From assembly GCA_038845265.1 (NCBI GenBank), contig JAWBQR010000005.1, forward strand, positions 60,558-124,557: a stretch of 64,000 nucleotides of DNA, written 5' to 3'. The position numbers and the translations under genes are program-made. Within the stretch, counting starts at the first letter, position 1, and each line of letters opens with the position of its first letter. The stretch is from Nitrososphaerota archaeon (GTDB lineage: Archaea; Thermoproteota; Nitrososphaeria_A; Caldarchaeales; Calditenuaceae). Below, piece after piece: positions 19,301 to 29,843 of the stretch. The notes below the pieces were generated by a model, which saw only the letters and a program-made list of their open reading frames with translations, ran no database searches and was not told the origin of the DNA.

Positions 19301-19961
19301 GCTTCAGACCCCTCTCGATATATCTGGCCCGCCTTCTAATCTCTAGCACTCTCTGATAGACCTGTCCAGAATATTCGTGTCCCACTATTGACTCGTAGCC
19401 CTTCATGAATCTCTGCATAAATTCATCCACTACTCCTGGATGGTTTGCCTTTAGGCTTCTCTCAAGTAAATGAACGTCGATTGCGTGTTCCTCTATCTCT
19501 GAGGAGAATCCGCTTAGCCCGAAATCTATGAGCACTGGATGGCTGTCCGAGACCATAATGTTTGATGGGACTACGTCTCCATGGTATATTCCTCCACTAT
19601 GCATCTTTCCAATCATCTCTCCAATCCTTTCAGCCATTGTCAATGCCTGACTAGGCTCGCTCGTCAGGATATCGCGCAAGTCACGTCCCTCGATGAACTG
19701 GATGTAGAGCGTGCTTGTGGCGAGCTCCACATGTACGACTGCTGGGCAGGAGACACCAAGCATCTTAGCCCTATGCATCACCCTCGCCTCGTTTATTGTC
19801 CTCTTCTTCCTGATCTCCCTGTCTAGGTCTGGATGTCGGTAAGGCTTCGGGACACGCTGCTTAGCAATCAGTAATAATCCCCTCCACAATACTTTGTGGA
19901 TGACCGCCTCTGCGCCTATCTTTATTAGTTCAAGTTTTATGAATTCTTCCTGCCCGCCCAT
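19290..19961 (-). CDS. bud32: KEOPS kinase Bud32
   Basis: GAEA, KQRVPKPYRHPDLD, HGD..SN, IDFGL, RRRARY; directly downstream of kae1. Confidence 0.92.
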   Translation of the reverse strand: MGGQEEFIKLELIKIGAEAVIHKVLWRGLLLIAKQRVPKPYRHPDLDREIRKKRTINEARVMHRAKMLGVSCPAVVHVELATSTLYIQFIEGRDLRDILTSEPSQALTMAERIGEMIGKMHSGGIYHGDVVPSNIMVSDSHPVLIDFGLSGFSSEIEEHAIDVHLLERSLKANHPGVVDEFMQRFMKGYESIVGHEYSGQVYQRVLEIRRRARYIERGLKHEA

Positions 19962-20941
19962 GGTGCTTCCTCCTCATCTATCCTAAGCTTAGGTCTAACT
20001 CTGCTTTCAGATACCTCGATTGTTAGTCCATGCATGTATTTCAGTATGCCTGTCCACGCAATCATGGCGCCATTATCGCCGAGAAACTCATCTTTGACGT
20101 ATAGTTGCGTTGCGTCATGAAGCTTCACCATCTCATCAATCATCTCTCGAAGTCTCCTACTTCGTGCAAGGCCTCCAACAGTCATCACTTCTTTCTTTAA
20201 AGTCAATGCAAGCGCCCTCTCAAGGACCTCGACGAGCATCGCATAGACAGCCTCAGTTATGGAGAGCGAGACATCCTCCACTGGTACTCCAGACCTAATC
20301 AGCTTCTTCGCCGCTGTCAATAGTCCGGAGAATGAGACATCCATCCCCTTCACCTTTACTGGCAGTGGGTGGAGAGACTTGCCCTTCCTAGCCGCTATCT
20401 CCGGCGAGGGCATAGGGCCTATGCCTGCAAATATTCCGAAGGCGTCGAGACAGTTACCCGCAGCAATGTCCAGCGTCTCTCCGAATATTCGATACCTCCC
20501 CTCATGGTAGGCCGTGACGAGCGTATTGCCACCAGCAACGTAAAGCACAAGGGGGTCCGAGCCCTTGCTTACTAGTTTTCCAATCTCGATATGGGCTAAA
20601 CCGTGATTAACCGCTACTAGTGGTCTGTTTAGCCTAAGTGCAAGTGCCCTAGCAATTGTCGCGCCGGTCCTTAGACACGGCCCGAGACCCGGCCCGATTG
20701 AAAACGCAATAACGTCTATGTTCTCTATGCTGATCGCGGCTCTCTGCAATGCCCTCCTCAATACCTCGTGGGCCACGTATGCATGGTGCTGAGCAGCCTC
20801 TCTTGGATGTATGCCTCCAGTCCTTGGTCTATAGATTTCCAGCTCGTTCGAGAGTATCTCTCCACCAGACGTAACGATGCCGAACCCTATAGTATGCGCC
20901 GTCGACTCTATGCCGAGGCAGACCAACGAATTTCCCAACAA
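19937..20941 (-). CDS. kae1: tRNA N6-threonylcarbamoyladenosine synthase Kae1
   Basis: GIESTAHT, GGIHPREAA, GPGLGPCL, HxxxH (HGLAH), GETLDIA, DNGAMIA. Confidence 0.95.
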   Translation of the reverse strand: MLGNSLVCLGIESTAHTIGFGIVTSGGEILSNELEIYRPRTGGIHPREAAQHHAYVAHEVLRRALQRAAISIENIDVIAFSIGPGLGPCLRTGATIARALALRLNRPLVAVNHGLAHIEIGKLVSKGSDPLVLYVAGGNTLVTAYHEGRYRIFGETLDIAAGNCLDAFGIFAGIGPMPSPEIAARKGKSLHPLPVKVKGMDVSFSGLLTAAKKLIRSGVPVEDVSLSITEAVYAMLVEVLERALALTLKKEVMTVGGLARSRRLREMIDEMVKLHDATQLYVKDEFLGDNGAMIAWTGILKYMHGLTIEVSESRVRPKLRIDEEEAPWAGRKNS

Positions 20942-21002
20942 GCCTTAGCTATCAAATAAATCAATGCTGCCTGCTTAAAAATCATGAATTTTTCCTGAAT
21001 AC

Positions 21003-21665
21003 TCATTTAACTAATTCTCGAATATACTTTACAGCAATCTCTGTGGCCTCTTGTAGCTTGCTTCTAGATATCCCGGGAACACCACAGATTAGCAGCACAG
21101 ATTCAGTCGTTTCTAGACCGACCTTCGAGTACTCAGAATCCCTGTAGGGATATATCGAGAGTATCTTTGAGTTGTCTCTAATCACGACTTCTTCTCCCCT
21201 CAAAGTAATCGGGTCCTCCATCCCTATGCCGAGAAACTCCTCGCCTGGCCTTGCAAAAGATACGGCTATTCGACCAACAATCTTGGAGGCATCAAACGCC
21301 GCCATGGTTATCTCTGACTCTATCGAGGCCAAGTTATATGCGTCTACAAGCGTATTTATCCTCGGTAGCTCCTTGCCAAGCAGTATCCTTCTTACAAGTG
21401 CCTCGGATGATGGACGCATCTTCGTCGGGTCGATTCCAATCCTCCAGAAAAAATCCCTATACGCCCTAAATGTAGGCACGTCCTTAAGCGTCTCGAGCGA
21501 ATACTTCTTCCTAACGTATTCATATATCCTCTTCTTGGCCTCCTCTAACTCGTTGCTGCTCTCCCTGATCCTTAGTCCCTTGATCAGGAGGCCCAATAGA
21601 TCGATGCCCGGAAAACTCCCAAGCAGTGTCTTATCAATCTCGATATTGATTGTATTGACTTCCAT
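21003..21665 (-). CDS. Stand-alone B3/4 (PheRS-beta editing-like) domain protein
   Basis: AYRDFFWRIGIDPTKMRPSSEALVRR, INTLVDAYNLAS. Confidence 0.88.
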   Translation of the reverse strand: MEVNTINIEIDKTLLGSFPGIDLLGLLIKGLRIRESSNELEEAKKRIYEYVRKKYSLETLKDVPTFRAYRDFFWRIGIDPTKMRPSSEALVRRILLGKELPRINTLVDAYNLASIESEITMAAFDASKIVGRIAVSFARPGEEFLGIGMEDPITLRGEEVVIRDNSKILSIYPYRDSEYSKVGLETTESVLLICGVPGISRSKLQEATEIAVKYIRELVK

Positions 21666-22211
21666 CTATCTGGATGCCTCCTCTAGAGCCTTGATGAAGG
21701 CATCCTCAAGCTCCTTGTTAAATGCGACGAGCCTGACAACATCAACGCCCTTCCCAGACTCTGCCGCATCAATGATCGCCCTAATCATCTCCCTGGCGGC
21801 TGCGTTTGGTTCCAGCCCACCCACGCCAGTACCCATTCCGGGAAAGGCGACCTCGCTTATCCCCAGCCTACTCGCCAGCTCGGCCGCCGCCTTCGTGGCC
21901 ATGTAGACCTTCTCAGCGCTGGTCTCGCCTGCCGGACGCTCCATTGTCGGCGCGTGTATCACGTACTTTGCACTCAGCTTACCCGCACCCGTCGCTACCG
22001 CCTCGCCTATCCTAATCGGCGCCTTACTCATTGCCTCTCTCTCGATGCTCTCTCCTCCCCTTACCTTTACCGCGCCCGCCACTCCTCCACCCATTATTAA
22101 TCTACTATTCGCCGGAACCACTATTGCGTCCACTTCCTCCTCAGTGATGTCCCCCCTCTTGACTATGAATTTGACCTGACCTACCCTATAACACCTCATA
22201 TCCACAATCAC
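21666..22211 (-). CDS. Macro-domain (ADP-ribose-binding) protein
   Basis: GDIT, ANS..MGGGVAGA, VIHAPTM, FPGMGTGVGG. Confidence 0.92.
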   Translation of the reverse strand: MIVDMRCYRVGQVKFIVKRGDITEEEVDAIVVPANSRLIMGGGVAGAVKVRGGESIEREAMSKAPIRIGEAVATGAGKLSAKYVIHAPTMERPAGETSAEKVYMATKAAAELASRLGISEVAFPGMGTGVGGLEPNAAAREMIRAIIDAAESGKGVDVVRLVAFNKELEDAFIKALEEASR

Positions 22212-22247
22212 TGATAAGGACCAAAATAAAAATTATCGAGTAACTGT

Positions 22248-23168
22248 TTATTTTGCCGGAAATGTTTCTGCCATCTTTAGTAGATGGTTCCAGCGCTCCT
22301 CAACGATCTTCTTGAATCTCTCGAGTAGATGGGCATTCTCTGGTCTTAGGAGATATACGAATCTTCTCTGAGCCTTTAGGTAGTCCTCGACTGGCCTCGG
22401 CTTCGAGACCATGACGTTTATTCTGTATCTGCCCTCCTCAATCTCGTATATCGGGAATACCCTCGTCTCAACTGCCAGCTTAGCCATCTTTATCGTCTGA
22501 TTTGAGTCGAAGTACCATCCCCTCGGACACGGCGCCAAGACATGCATGAACGTTGGGCCGTCATAGCTAAGCGCCTTCTTGACCTTGTTCGCGAGGTCCC
22601 TCCAGAGATGCGGTGAGGCAGTCGCGGCATACGGTATACCATGGGCGGCGGCAATCGAGACTATGTCCTTCTTGGGTTCAAGCTTGCCTACCGGTGAAGT
22701 CGTCGTCGAGGCGCCAAGTGGGGTTGCAGCTGACCTCTGTATACCAGTATTCATGTAGGCCTCGTTGTCGTAGCAGATGTAGAGCAGCTTATGTCCTCTC
22801 TCAAGCGCTCCAGAAAGTGCTTGGAAGCCGATGTCGAATGTTCCACCATCGCCACCCAGCACTATTATGTTATATTTCTTGCCTAGGCCCTTGCGTTCAA
22901 GCACCTTCATGGCCGCCTCGATCCCCGAAGCCACAGCCGCAGCATTCTCAAATGCAACATGCACCCACGGTACTCTCCACGCAGTATATGGATAAGGCGA
23001 TGAGACAATCTCGAGGCAGCCCGTCGGGCTAACAACCACGTACGGAGGCTCAGCCGCCAGCAGTATCTGCCTCACGGTGACCATCATTCCGCAGCCAGCG
23101 CAGGCGGAGTGTCCGGGGCTAATTCCATCTCGACCGTAAAGGTCTTCAAGCTTAGTTACCTGCATCAT
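22248..23168 (-). CDS. porB: 2-oxoacid (pyruvate-type):ferredoxin oxidoreductase beta subunit
   Basis: CAGCG, TGC, TPP motif GGDGG..DNEAYMNTGIQRS, PCP. Confidence 0.92.
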   Translation of the reverse strand: MMQVTKLEDLYGRDGISPGHSACAGCGMMVTVRQILLAAEPPYVVVSPTGCLEIVSSPYPYTAWRVPWVHVAFENAAAVASGIEAAMKVLERKGLGKKYNIIVLGGDGGTFDIGFQALSGALERGHKLLYICYDNEAYMNTGIQRSAATPLGASTTTSPVGKLEPKKDIVSIAAAHGIPYAATASPHLWRDLANKVKKALSYDGPTFMHVLAPCPRGWYFDSNQTIKMAKLAVETRVFPIYEIEEGRYRINVMVSKPRPVEDYLKAQRRFVYLLRPENAHLLERFKKIVEERWNHLLKMAETFPAK

Positions 23169-24349
23169 AGCACATCCTCCCTCAGTCCAAGATAGGTATA
23201 CCTGCTTCGCGCCTCTCCCTTATTGACGTCCTCCTTAACCTCGTTAAGCAGCTCAGTAATCATACTCATCGTGGCCTCTCTGCCGCCCAGGCCATAGACA
23301 ACACTTATCACGGGGATGCGGAGCCCAGCATCATATAGTGCTGCCTTCACGTTTGAGGCAAGTGGCGGCGAGGCTGCTCCGGGCGATAATGCCCTGTCCA
23401 TGACGACTACTGCCTCCGAGCCTGAGAGTGCATCAACTATCTCCTTCTTCGGGAATGGAGAGAAGAGTCTAAGACTTATGAGTGATACTCCTTTAATGTT
23501 CCTGTATCGTATTGTGTGTCTTATCGTCCCGGCGGTGCTGCCCATGCATATCACGCTTATCTTCTCGCCCTTCCAGTCTATCTTCATCTTTCCAATCCTG
23601 CCGCGCTCCTCTGGATAATTCTTGTAGACCTCTTCGAATACTTCTCCAGCCTTTTCGAGCGCCTTCGCCTGCTCGACCTTACTCTCGAAGTATGCGTTTG
23701 GAAGTGCGTAGGAGCCGAACGTGGCCGGCTTCTCATAATCTATCCTCGGCCTGTCCCTGCGGGGAAGGTATGCCATTACTTCCGAGTCTTCAAGCGTCGC
23801 TACGGGCTCGTAGCAGTGAGATACAACAAAGCCATCGATGTTAACAGCAACTGGCAAAAGCACCCTCGGATCCTCCGCGAGCCTGTAAGCCTGTATGACC
23901 CTGTCGTAAGCCTCCTGGGCATTCTCGCAGAATATCTGTACCCATCCACAATCCCTCGACCCCATCATGTCCGAGTGGTCTCCATGAATATTTAGAGGAG
24001 CTGAAAGCGCCCTATTCACAACCGCCATAACGATCGGGCATCTAAGACCAGCAGCTATATACATGACCTCATGCATCAATGCTAATCCTTGACTTGAAGT
24101 TGAAGTGAAGACACGCGCTCCGGCGAGCGAGCCTCCTATACATGCACTTAGCGCCGAGTGTTCAGACTCGACTGCGACGTACTCCGCATTCATCTCTTTT
24201 CTCGCGACATACTCGCTCAATCTCTCAACAATTATTGTCTGAGGCGTGATTGGATAAGCCGCTATGAGATCAACGTCGCATTGCTTGACGGAGTAGGCTA
24301 TTGCCTCGTCTCCAGACAATAACTTAAACTGAGCCTGCTTAAGCATCAC
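23165..24349 (-). CDS. porA: 2-oxoacid:ferredoxin oxidoreductase alpha subunit
   Basis: AYPITPQT, ESEHSA, TSSQGL, NRALSAP. Confidence 0.92.
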   Translation of the reverse strand: MMLKQAQFKLLSGDEAIAYSVKQCDVDLIAAYPITPQTIIVERLSEYVARKEMNAEYVAVESEHSALSACIGGSLAGARVFTSTSSQGLALMHEVMYIAAGLRCPIVMAVVNRALSAPLNIHGDHSDMMGSRDCGWVQIFCENAQEAYDRVIQAYRLAEDPRVLLPVAVNIDGFVVSHCYEPVATLEDSEVMAYLPRRDRPRIDYEKPATFGSYALPNAYFESKVEQAKALEKAGEVFEEVYKNYPEERGRIGKMKIDWKGEKISVICMGSTAGTIRHTIRYRNIKGVSLISLRLFSPFPKKEIVDALSGSEAVVVMDRALSPGAASPPLASNVKAALYDAGLRIPVISVVYGLGGREATMSMITELLNEVKEDVNKGEARSRYTYLGLREDVL

Positions 24350-24600
24350 TCACTCACCATCGCTATTGCTTTTCGCGGACACTCCTCGGCACAGATTCCG
24401 CATCCCTTGCAGTAATCATAGTTGATCTCTATCGTTCCTCCTGGACTCTTGTAGATTGCTGGCTCGGGGCAGTAGACCCAGCATATTAAACATTTTGTAC
24501 ATTTCGACTGATCAATTACAGGTCTCTGGCTTCGCCAGCCGCTTCTTAGCTGGCTGGCCATGTTTCCCGGCTCTAGGATGATTCCAGCGCTCTTAAGCAT
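24346..24600 (-). CDS. porD: 2-oxoacid:ferredoxin oxidoreductase delta subunit (2x[4Fe-4S])
   Basis: WRSQRP, CTKCLICWVYCP, YCKGCGICAEECP; start set at the ATG overlapping the gamma-subunit stop. Confidence 0.9.
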   Translation of the reverse strand: MLKSAGIILEPGNMASQLRSGWRSQRPVIDQSKCTKCLICWVYCPEPAIYKSPGGTIEINYDYCKGCGICAEECPRKAIAMVSE

Positions 24601-25135
24601 GCGCTTCACACCTCCGGATACCTCTACTGGCAGCGACGACGACCTCTGCGTCCTTCTCACCGAACCTTTTAGCGATTATTTCTCGAAGGACGTCTATTGA
24701 GACGATTCCGCTCGCAGATGCTAGGGCTCCAATTATTGCGAGGTTCAGAGACCTCGGCCTACCAAGTGACTCGATAATCTGCTTAGCATCCACAGTGTAT
24801 ACATTTATCCTAGAAGGCGACTTAATCTCCAGCGGTTCGCTTGATCCCGCCACCAGTATTCCGCCATCCTTTATCATTGGCACTATGTTCTGAGACTCAA
24901 GTAGTCTCTTCTCGAAGACTCCGGCCATGTCGTAGCTCTCAATCGGTGCTCGAATCTCTATTGGCTCATCAGAAATTCTGACGTATGCCCTTACGGGGGC
25001 TCCTGACCTCTCAGGACCAAACTCTGGAAATGTCTGGACATACAGGCCATGATGTAGCGCCGCCTCTGCAAGTATTCTCCCGGCGGTTACAACTCCTTGA
25101 CCGCCGCGTCCCAGAAATAAAATCTCCAGAAACAT
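24593..25135 (-). CDS. porG: 2-oxoacid:ferredoxin oxidoreductase gamma subunit
   Basis: GRGGQGVVTA, FGPERSGAP. Confidence 0.92.
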   Translation of the reverse strand: MFLEILFLGRGGQGVVTAGRILAEAALHHGLYVQTFPEFGPERSGAPVRAYVRISDEPIEIRAPIESYDMAGVFEKRLLESQNIVPMIKDGGILVAGSSEPLEIKSPSRINVYTVDAKQIIESLGRPRSLNLAIIGALASASGIVSIDVLREIIAKRFGEKDAEVVVAASRGIRRCEAHA

Positions 25136-25280
25136 AGTAGCATCTTCGATAATTAGTGTTTTACGCTATATAATTAATGTTAAGCCAGCCATTCAGATAT
25201 GAGTTGATAATTCAAAAAATTTTAGGCAAAATTCATGAACAAATATATATTGTACTGCGTTTAAGCAACGTACTCTTTAA

Positions 25281-25436
25281 TTATTCTCCACTAGTCGGAC
25301 TAGCGTTTAGGACTCGCTTGATAAAGTTTAGTCTATTCCTCTCTCTCGGTATTGGGTATTTTCTGGGCTTAGGCTCAAGCTTAGGTGTCTGGCTTCTGAC
25401 CTTTCCGGCCTTTGTTATCGAGCCGTGCGAAGGCAA
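25281..25436 (-). CDS. rps30e: 30S ribosomal protein S30e
   Basis: Manual translation from TTG: [43 protein letters not shown]...; S30e signature HGS(L/I)xKAGKVRxQTPK; divergent from nop5. Confidence 0.95.
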   Translation of the reverse strand: MPSHGSITKAGKVRSQTPKLEPKPRKYPIPRERNRLNFIKRVLNASPTSGE

Positions 25437-25563
25437 CTACACCACCACTAGGAAGTATCTATCACTGTTTGATTTAAACATTAATTCACAACATAGCCCC
25501 TTCTCCATGATAGATTCTTAAGCGTTTTCTTTAATACTGGCCATAACGATTACTCATGCAGAT

Positions 25564-26742
25564 TTGAGGGCTACAATAGTCCTAACGGCTCTTGGACTCG
25601 TCGCGATCGATGAGAAAGGAGAGACGATATGTAGCGAGTTCCGCGATAAGAGGGCTGAGAAAATTAGAGAATTAATTGAGGGGAGACCGACTGAGGAACT
25701 CATTAATCTGCTTAACATGCTCAAAGAGAGAGACACAATAGTTATCACTTGTGTTGACCAGAGATTAGCTGACGCAGTTAGGAAAGCTAGTCCGGAGATC
25801 AAAGTATTAATCGGTGAACTCATGCCTGAGCTCGATGCATCATCGTTAGCAGTAAAGTGCGGATGGTCCGCAGACATTGATGATTACTTCAAGAGTACTC
25901 GTGAAGTTGCTCTTGAGCTCCTTGAGGACAGGATTAAGACGGCAGTGGCTAGGAGGGACCTAATGATTGTTCAGGCAGTCAAACTACTCGATGATCTCGA
26001 CAAGCTGATTAATATGCTCTATTCACGTCTCGTGGACTGGTATGGTCAACACTTTCCTGAGCTACACCAATACGTCGAGGGGCCGGAGACCTATGCTAAA
26101 CTCGTTCATAGACTCGGCACAAGAAAAAACTATAGTGAGGAGAGGCTTAAGGAATTATTAAGGGAAGAGCTGGCCGGTAAAGTTCTGGAGGCTTGTGAAA
26201 GAAGCCTCGGCGCGGAACTAAATGAGGTGGATGAGACAAAGATAAGAAAGCTAGCCGGATACATACTTGAGATGACTGATTTCAGAGAGGAGATTCAGAA
26301 CTACATAAAGTCACTCATGGAGATAGAGGCACCTAACTTGTCGGCAATTGCTGGCCCGACACTGGGGGCTAGGCTGATCTCGCTGGCCGGAGGGTTAGAG
26401 ACACTCGCAAAGGCTCCTGCAAGCACCATACAGGTACTCGGGGCCGAGAAGGCCTTATTCAGATTCTTTAAGACCGGGAGAGGCGCGCCCAAGCATGGTG
26501 TAATCTTTCAGCACCCATATGTCCATAGCTCTCCGAGGTGGCAGAGAGGAAAGATAGCGCGTGCACTCGCCACGAAGATATCTATAGCCGCCAAAGTTGA
26601 TTATTTCAGCCGAGAGGACCGAACATCAGAGCTCAGGAAAGCTCTAGAGGAGAGAATAAAGGAGATAAAGGTCAATTACGCATCGCCACCACCAAGGCAG
26701 GCTCCTAAGCCGAAGAGAGGAAAGAAGGTGAGTAAAAGATGA
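25564..26742 (+). CDS. nop5: Box C/D RNP protein Nop5 (Nop56/58)
   Basis: WYGQHFPEL, APNL, PASTIQVLGAEKALF, PKHGVIFQ, RGKIAR. Confidence 0.95.
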   Translation: MRATIVLTALGLVAIDEKGETICSEFRDKRAEKIRELIEGRPTEELINLLNMLKERDTIVITCVDQRLADAVRKASPEIKVLIGELMPELDASSLAVKCGWSADIDDYFKSTREVALELLEDRIKTAVARRDLMIVQAVKLLDDLDKLINMLYSRLVDWYGQHFPELHQYVEGPETYAKLVHRLGTRKNYSEERLKELLREELAGKVLEACERSLGAELNEVDETKIRKLAGYILEMTDFREEIQNYIKSLMEIEAPNLSAIAGPTLGARLISLAGGLETLAKAPASTIQVLGAEKALFRFFKTGRGAPKHGVIFQHPYVHSSPRWQRGKIARALATKISIAAKVDYFSREDRTSELRKALEERIKEIKVNYASPPPRQAPKPKRGKKVSKR

Positions 26743-27425
26743 TCATTGAGCCACACGAGTCATTCATGGGTGTTTACTGGATCATCGAGCAGAGCCAGAG
26801 ATTCCTAGCGACAAAGAGCCTAGACCCTAGAACATCGGTTTATGGAGAGAGATTATTTAGACATGGAGACGCTGAGTATAGAGAGTGGATTCCATACAGA
26901 AGCAAGCTGGCAGCAGCTATCCTTACAGGCCTCAAAGAACTACCTATAAAGCCATCGGTCCGCGTATTATACCTCGGCTCAGCGACAGGCACAACTGTAA
27001 GTCACGTCTCAGACATCGTTGGTCATACAGGAATAGTATTCGCCGTCGACTTCGCTCCGAGAGTAATGGCACAATTCATCGAGAGAGTAGCGAGGAGGAG
27101 AAGCAACATTATCCCAATACTTGAGGATGCTAGGCTACCCGAGAGATACAGAGCCTTCGTAGGTAAAGTCGATGTCGTCTACTGCGACGTAGCACAGCCA
27201 GAACAGGCAAAGCTACTCATCGATAACTGCATCACATATCTAAAAAAGGGCGGTGAAGCACTCCTCGCAGTAAAAGCTAGGAGCATTGACAGCACTGAAG
27301 ACCCTGAGAAGGTCTTTAGAAGAGAGATATCAATCCTCGAGAAAGGTGGGCTAAGAGTAAAAGAACATGTAAGACTCGAGCCATACGAAGAAGACCACAT
27401 AATGGTACGCGTCAAGTATGATTAG
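26739..27425 (+). CDS. flpA: Fibrillarin-like rRNA/tRNA 2'-O-methyltransferase
   Basis: VYGE, YREWIPYRSKLAA, LYLGSATGTTVSHVSD, DVAQP. Confidence 0.95.
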   Translation: MIIEPHESFMGVYWIIEQSQRFLATKSLDPRTSVYGERLFRHGDAEYREWIPYRSKLAAAILTGLKELPIKPSVRVLYLGSATGTTVSHVSDIVGHTGIVFAVDFAPRVMAQFIERVARRRSNIIPILEDARLPERYRAFVGKVDVVYCDVAQPEQAKLLIDNCITYLKKGGEALLAVKARSIDSTEDPEKVFRREISILEKGGLRVKEHVRLEPYEEDHIMVRVKYD

Positions 27426-28092
27426 GAAGAATTTGAGACTGATAGCAGGTATAGACGAGGCCGGCCGAGGCTCACTTGTCGGCCCACTTGTAGTAGCTGC
27501 AGTCGCTCTCCCTCCCAACAGTGTCAGGACGCTTAGGACACTAGGGGTCAGGGACTCAAAGCAACTCTCCAGAAATAATAGAGAAAAAATCTATCGAGAG
27601 ATCATTAATCTTTGTCCTTTCGTAGAATCCATCGAGATACCCCCAAGCGTGATTGATAGGTATACCAAGCGGTCAGGCGGGCCTGGAATAAATGCATTAG
27701 AAGCGGCAGCCGCTGCAAGCCTCATCGAAAAAATTCGTCCAGACATCGTATACATAGACTCGCCTACAAGAATTGCAAGAGAATTCGCGAAAATGATCAA
27801 TAGTAGGCTAGAAGAGGCTAGATGTGTAATAGTATGTGAACATGGAGCAGATGTATCTAGGCCGGTGGTCAGCGCAGCGTCCATCATTGCCAAGGTTGTC
27901 AGGGACAATGCGATAAAGAGCCTGAAGAATAGGCTCGGAGACTTTGGTTCAGGATATCCAAGCGATAAAAAAACGATCAGCGCCATCAAGGAGATATTGA
28001 CATGCGGTAAGGAAATGACTAAATATATACGCATGTCTTGGAAGACCCTTAACTCTATTCAGCCAAGCCTCGACGACTATAAAGAGGACTGA
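27418..28092 (+). CDS. rnhB: Ribonuclease HII
   Basis: GIDEAGRG, DSK, VSAASIIAKV.RD, GSGYPSD. Confidence 0.95.
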   Translation: MIRKNLRLIAGIDEAGRGSLVGPLVVAAVALPPNSVRTLRTLGVRDSKQLSRNNREKIYREIINLCPFVESIEIPPSVIDRYTKRSGGPGINALEAAAAASLIEKIRPDIVYIDSPTRIAREFAKMINSRLEEARCVIVCEHGADVSRPVVSAASIIAKVVRDNAIKSLKNRLGDFGSGYPSDKKTISAIKEILTCGKEMTKYIRMSWKTLNSIQPSLDDYKED

Positions 28093-28093
28093 G

Positions 28094-28660
28094 ATGAAAC
28101 CAACTATCTATGTGTTTACTGGGCCTCCAGGATGCGGCAAAACTACCGCGGTCAGAATAATTGCTGAAAGGCTCAAGGCTAATGGAATTCCAGTCGGAGG
28201 CATGATTACAAATGAGGTGAGGAGCGGCGGGTCCAGGACAGGATTTGAGTTACGAGACATCAGTACTGGAGAAACGGCTCTTCTCGCACACGTAGGTGAG
28301 GGTGCACCAAGAGTTGGCAAATACGTCGTCTTTGTCTCTAACCTCGAGAGACTAGGAGTCAGCGCCATAATTCGGGCAGTCGAGAAGGGCTCATTAGTGA
28401 TCATAGACGAAGTCGGACCAATGGAGCTCTTTAGCCAAGAATTCATTAATTCAGTCGAGATGACGCTCAAAAGATCAATCGCAGCGATCATTACTGTTCA
28501 TTTCAAGTCGATGCATCCCCTAGCCCAGAAAGTGAGACGTGAAGCCACGAGGCTAATCGAGCTGAGGAGAGGATTGCCTAGACATGAATTTGAGGGAATA
28601 ACGACTGAAGTCTCTGAGGAGATAGCTTCAAGGTTCGGGCAAAATGTCGCTGGAGAATGA
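28094..28660 (+). CDS. NTPase (THEP1 family)
   Basis: TGPPGCGKTT, RVGKY, IIDEVGPME. Confidence 0.92.
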   Translation: MKPTIYVFTGPPGCGKTTAVRIIAERLKANGIPVGGMITNEVRSGGSRTGFELRDISTGETALLAHVGEGAPRVGKYVVFVSNLERLGVSAIIRAVEKGSLVIIDEVGPMELFSQEFINSVEMTLKRSIAAIITVHFKSMHPLAQKVRREATRLIELRRGLPRHEFEGITTEVSEEIASRFGQNVAGE

Positions 28661-29831
28661 GCTGGGATTTCCTGTCAAATACATCTACGAGGGGAAGGCG
28701 AGACTACTCGTCCCACTGGGTGTAGGAGAAGTAGATCCCTCTGCACTTCCAGTATTCTATAACCCGGCCTCAAAGATATCTCGGGATATTGCCGTCCTAT
28801 CAGTTCTTGGATACTTTACCGGCAGATCTGCACGCTTGATGTGTGAGCCGCTTGCAGGATGTGGTGTGAGGACGATCAGAATCATACTAGAATCAGGTGT
28901 AGTGGAGCAAGCAATAGCGGGCGACATTAATAAAAATGCTGCCAGACTCATTTCTGCAAATGCGTCGATTAATGGTCTAGGCGACCGAGTAAGGGCGATG
29001 CATATCGATGCAAACCTACTACTTGCCAAGATGCATGCTGAGCATGAGAGGGCAGACTATATTGATATCGACCCAGCCGGGTCTCCTGCAAGGTTTATCG
29101 AGAATGCCTGCAGAGCAACGAATAGGGATGGAATGCTGGGAGCCTCCGCAACCGACCTCGCAGCACTGTCAGGATCTTCGGCAACAACTGCGAGATGGAG
29201 ATACGGAATGCACCTAGCCAGAACTGTATTTCCAAAGGAGGTAGCTGCGAGGGCTCTCGCTGGATTCATAGTTATGACCGCTGCTAGGCTTGGGTTAGCC
29301 GCTAATCCAGTACTCACAGTTGTCCATAGACATTTTCTCAGGGTCTTCGTCAGGCTTAACCGTGGAAGGAGCAAGGCATTAAGAGCATCATCAGAGCTCG
29401 GATACCTCATACATTGTAAAAACTGCCTATCAACTGTTAAGTCCATGTCTCCAGTAGTTGCCAATTCTAAGTGTCATGAATGTGATGGACAAGTAGTGAT
29501 TCTTGGACCAGTTTGGCTAGGAGAGCTCAGCGACAAGGAACTGGCTGGAAGAGTGCTGGAGAGCAGCAAAATAGATGATCCCACATACAGTGAGGCGATT
29601 AAATTGTTCAGAGGTGTGACCGAGGAGATTCAGGACATTCCATATTATTATCCAGTAGCTGAGCTTGCTAGAAGAGCTAGTACCTCACCTCCAAGGGTCT
29701 CAAGGCTGATAGAGAACCTCAGAGAGCTGGGCTATAGAGCATCAACAACGCATCACGACCACTCAGCAATAAAGACAGACGCTCCAATAAGTGAGGTGCT
29801 AAAACTGGTCAGAGGTGAGAGTAGAGCATAA
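28644..29831 (+). CDS. trm1: tRNA (guanine26-N2)-dimethyltransferase
   Basis: VFYNP, IDIDPAGSP, ATD, GPVWLG, IKTDAP. Confidence 0.92.
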   Translation: MSLENELGFPVKYIYEGKARLLVPLGVGEVDPSALPVFYNPASKISRDIAVLSVLGYFTGRSARLMCEPLAGCGVRTIRIILESGVVEQAIAGDINKNAARLISANASINGLGDRVRAMHIDANLLLAKMHAEHERADYIDIDPAGSPARFIENACRATNRDGMLGASATDLAALSGSSATTARWRYGMHLARTVFPKEVAARALAGFIVMTAARLGLAANPVLTVVHRHFLRVFVRLNRGRSKALRASSELGYLIHCKNCLSTVKSMSPVVANSKCHECDGQVVILGPVWLGELSDKELAGRVLESSKIDDPTYSEAIKLFRGVTEEIQDIPYYYPVAELARRASTSPPRVSRLIENLRELGYRASTTHHDHSAIKTDAPISEVLKLVRGESRA

Positions 29832-29843
29832 TTCTTGGAGAGC

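Noticed and set aside
25177-25521. 114-aa plus-strand ORF in the ORF track
   Set aside because: Antisense shadow of rps30e, which carries a clear family signature
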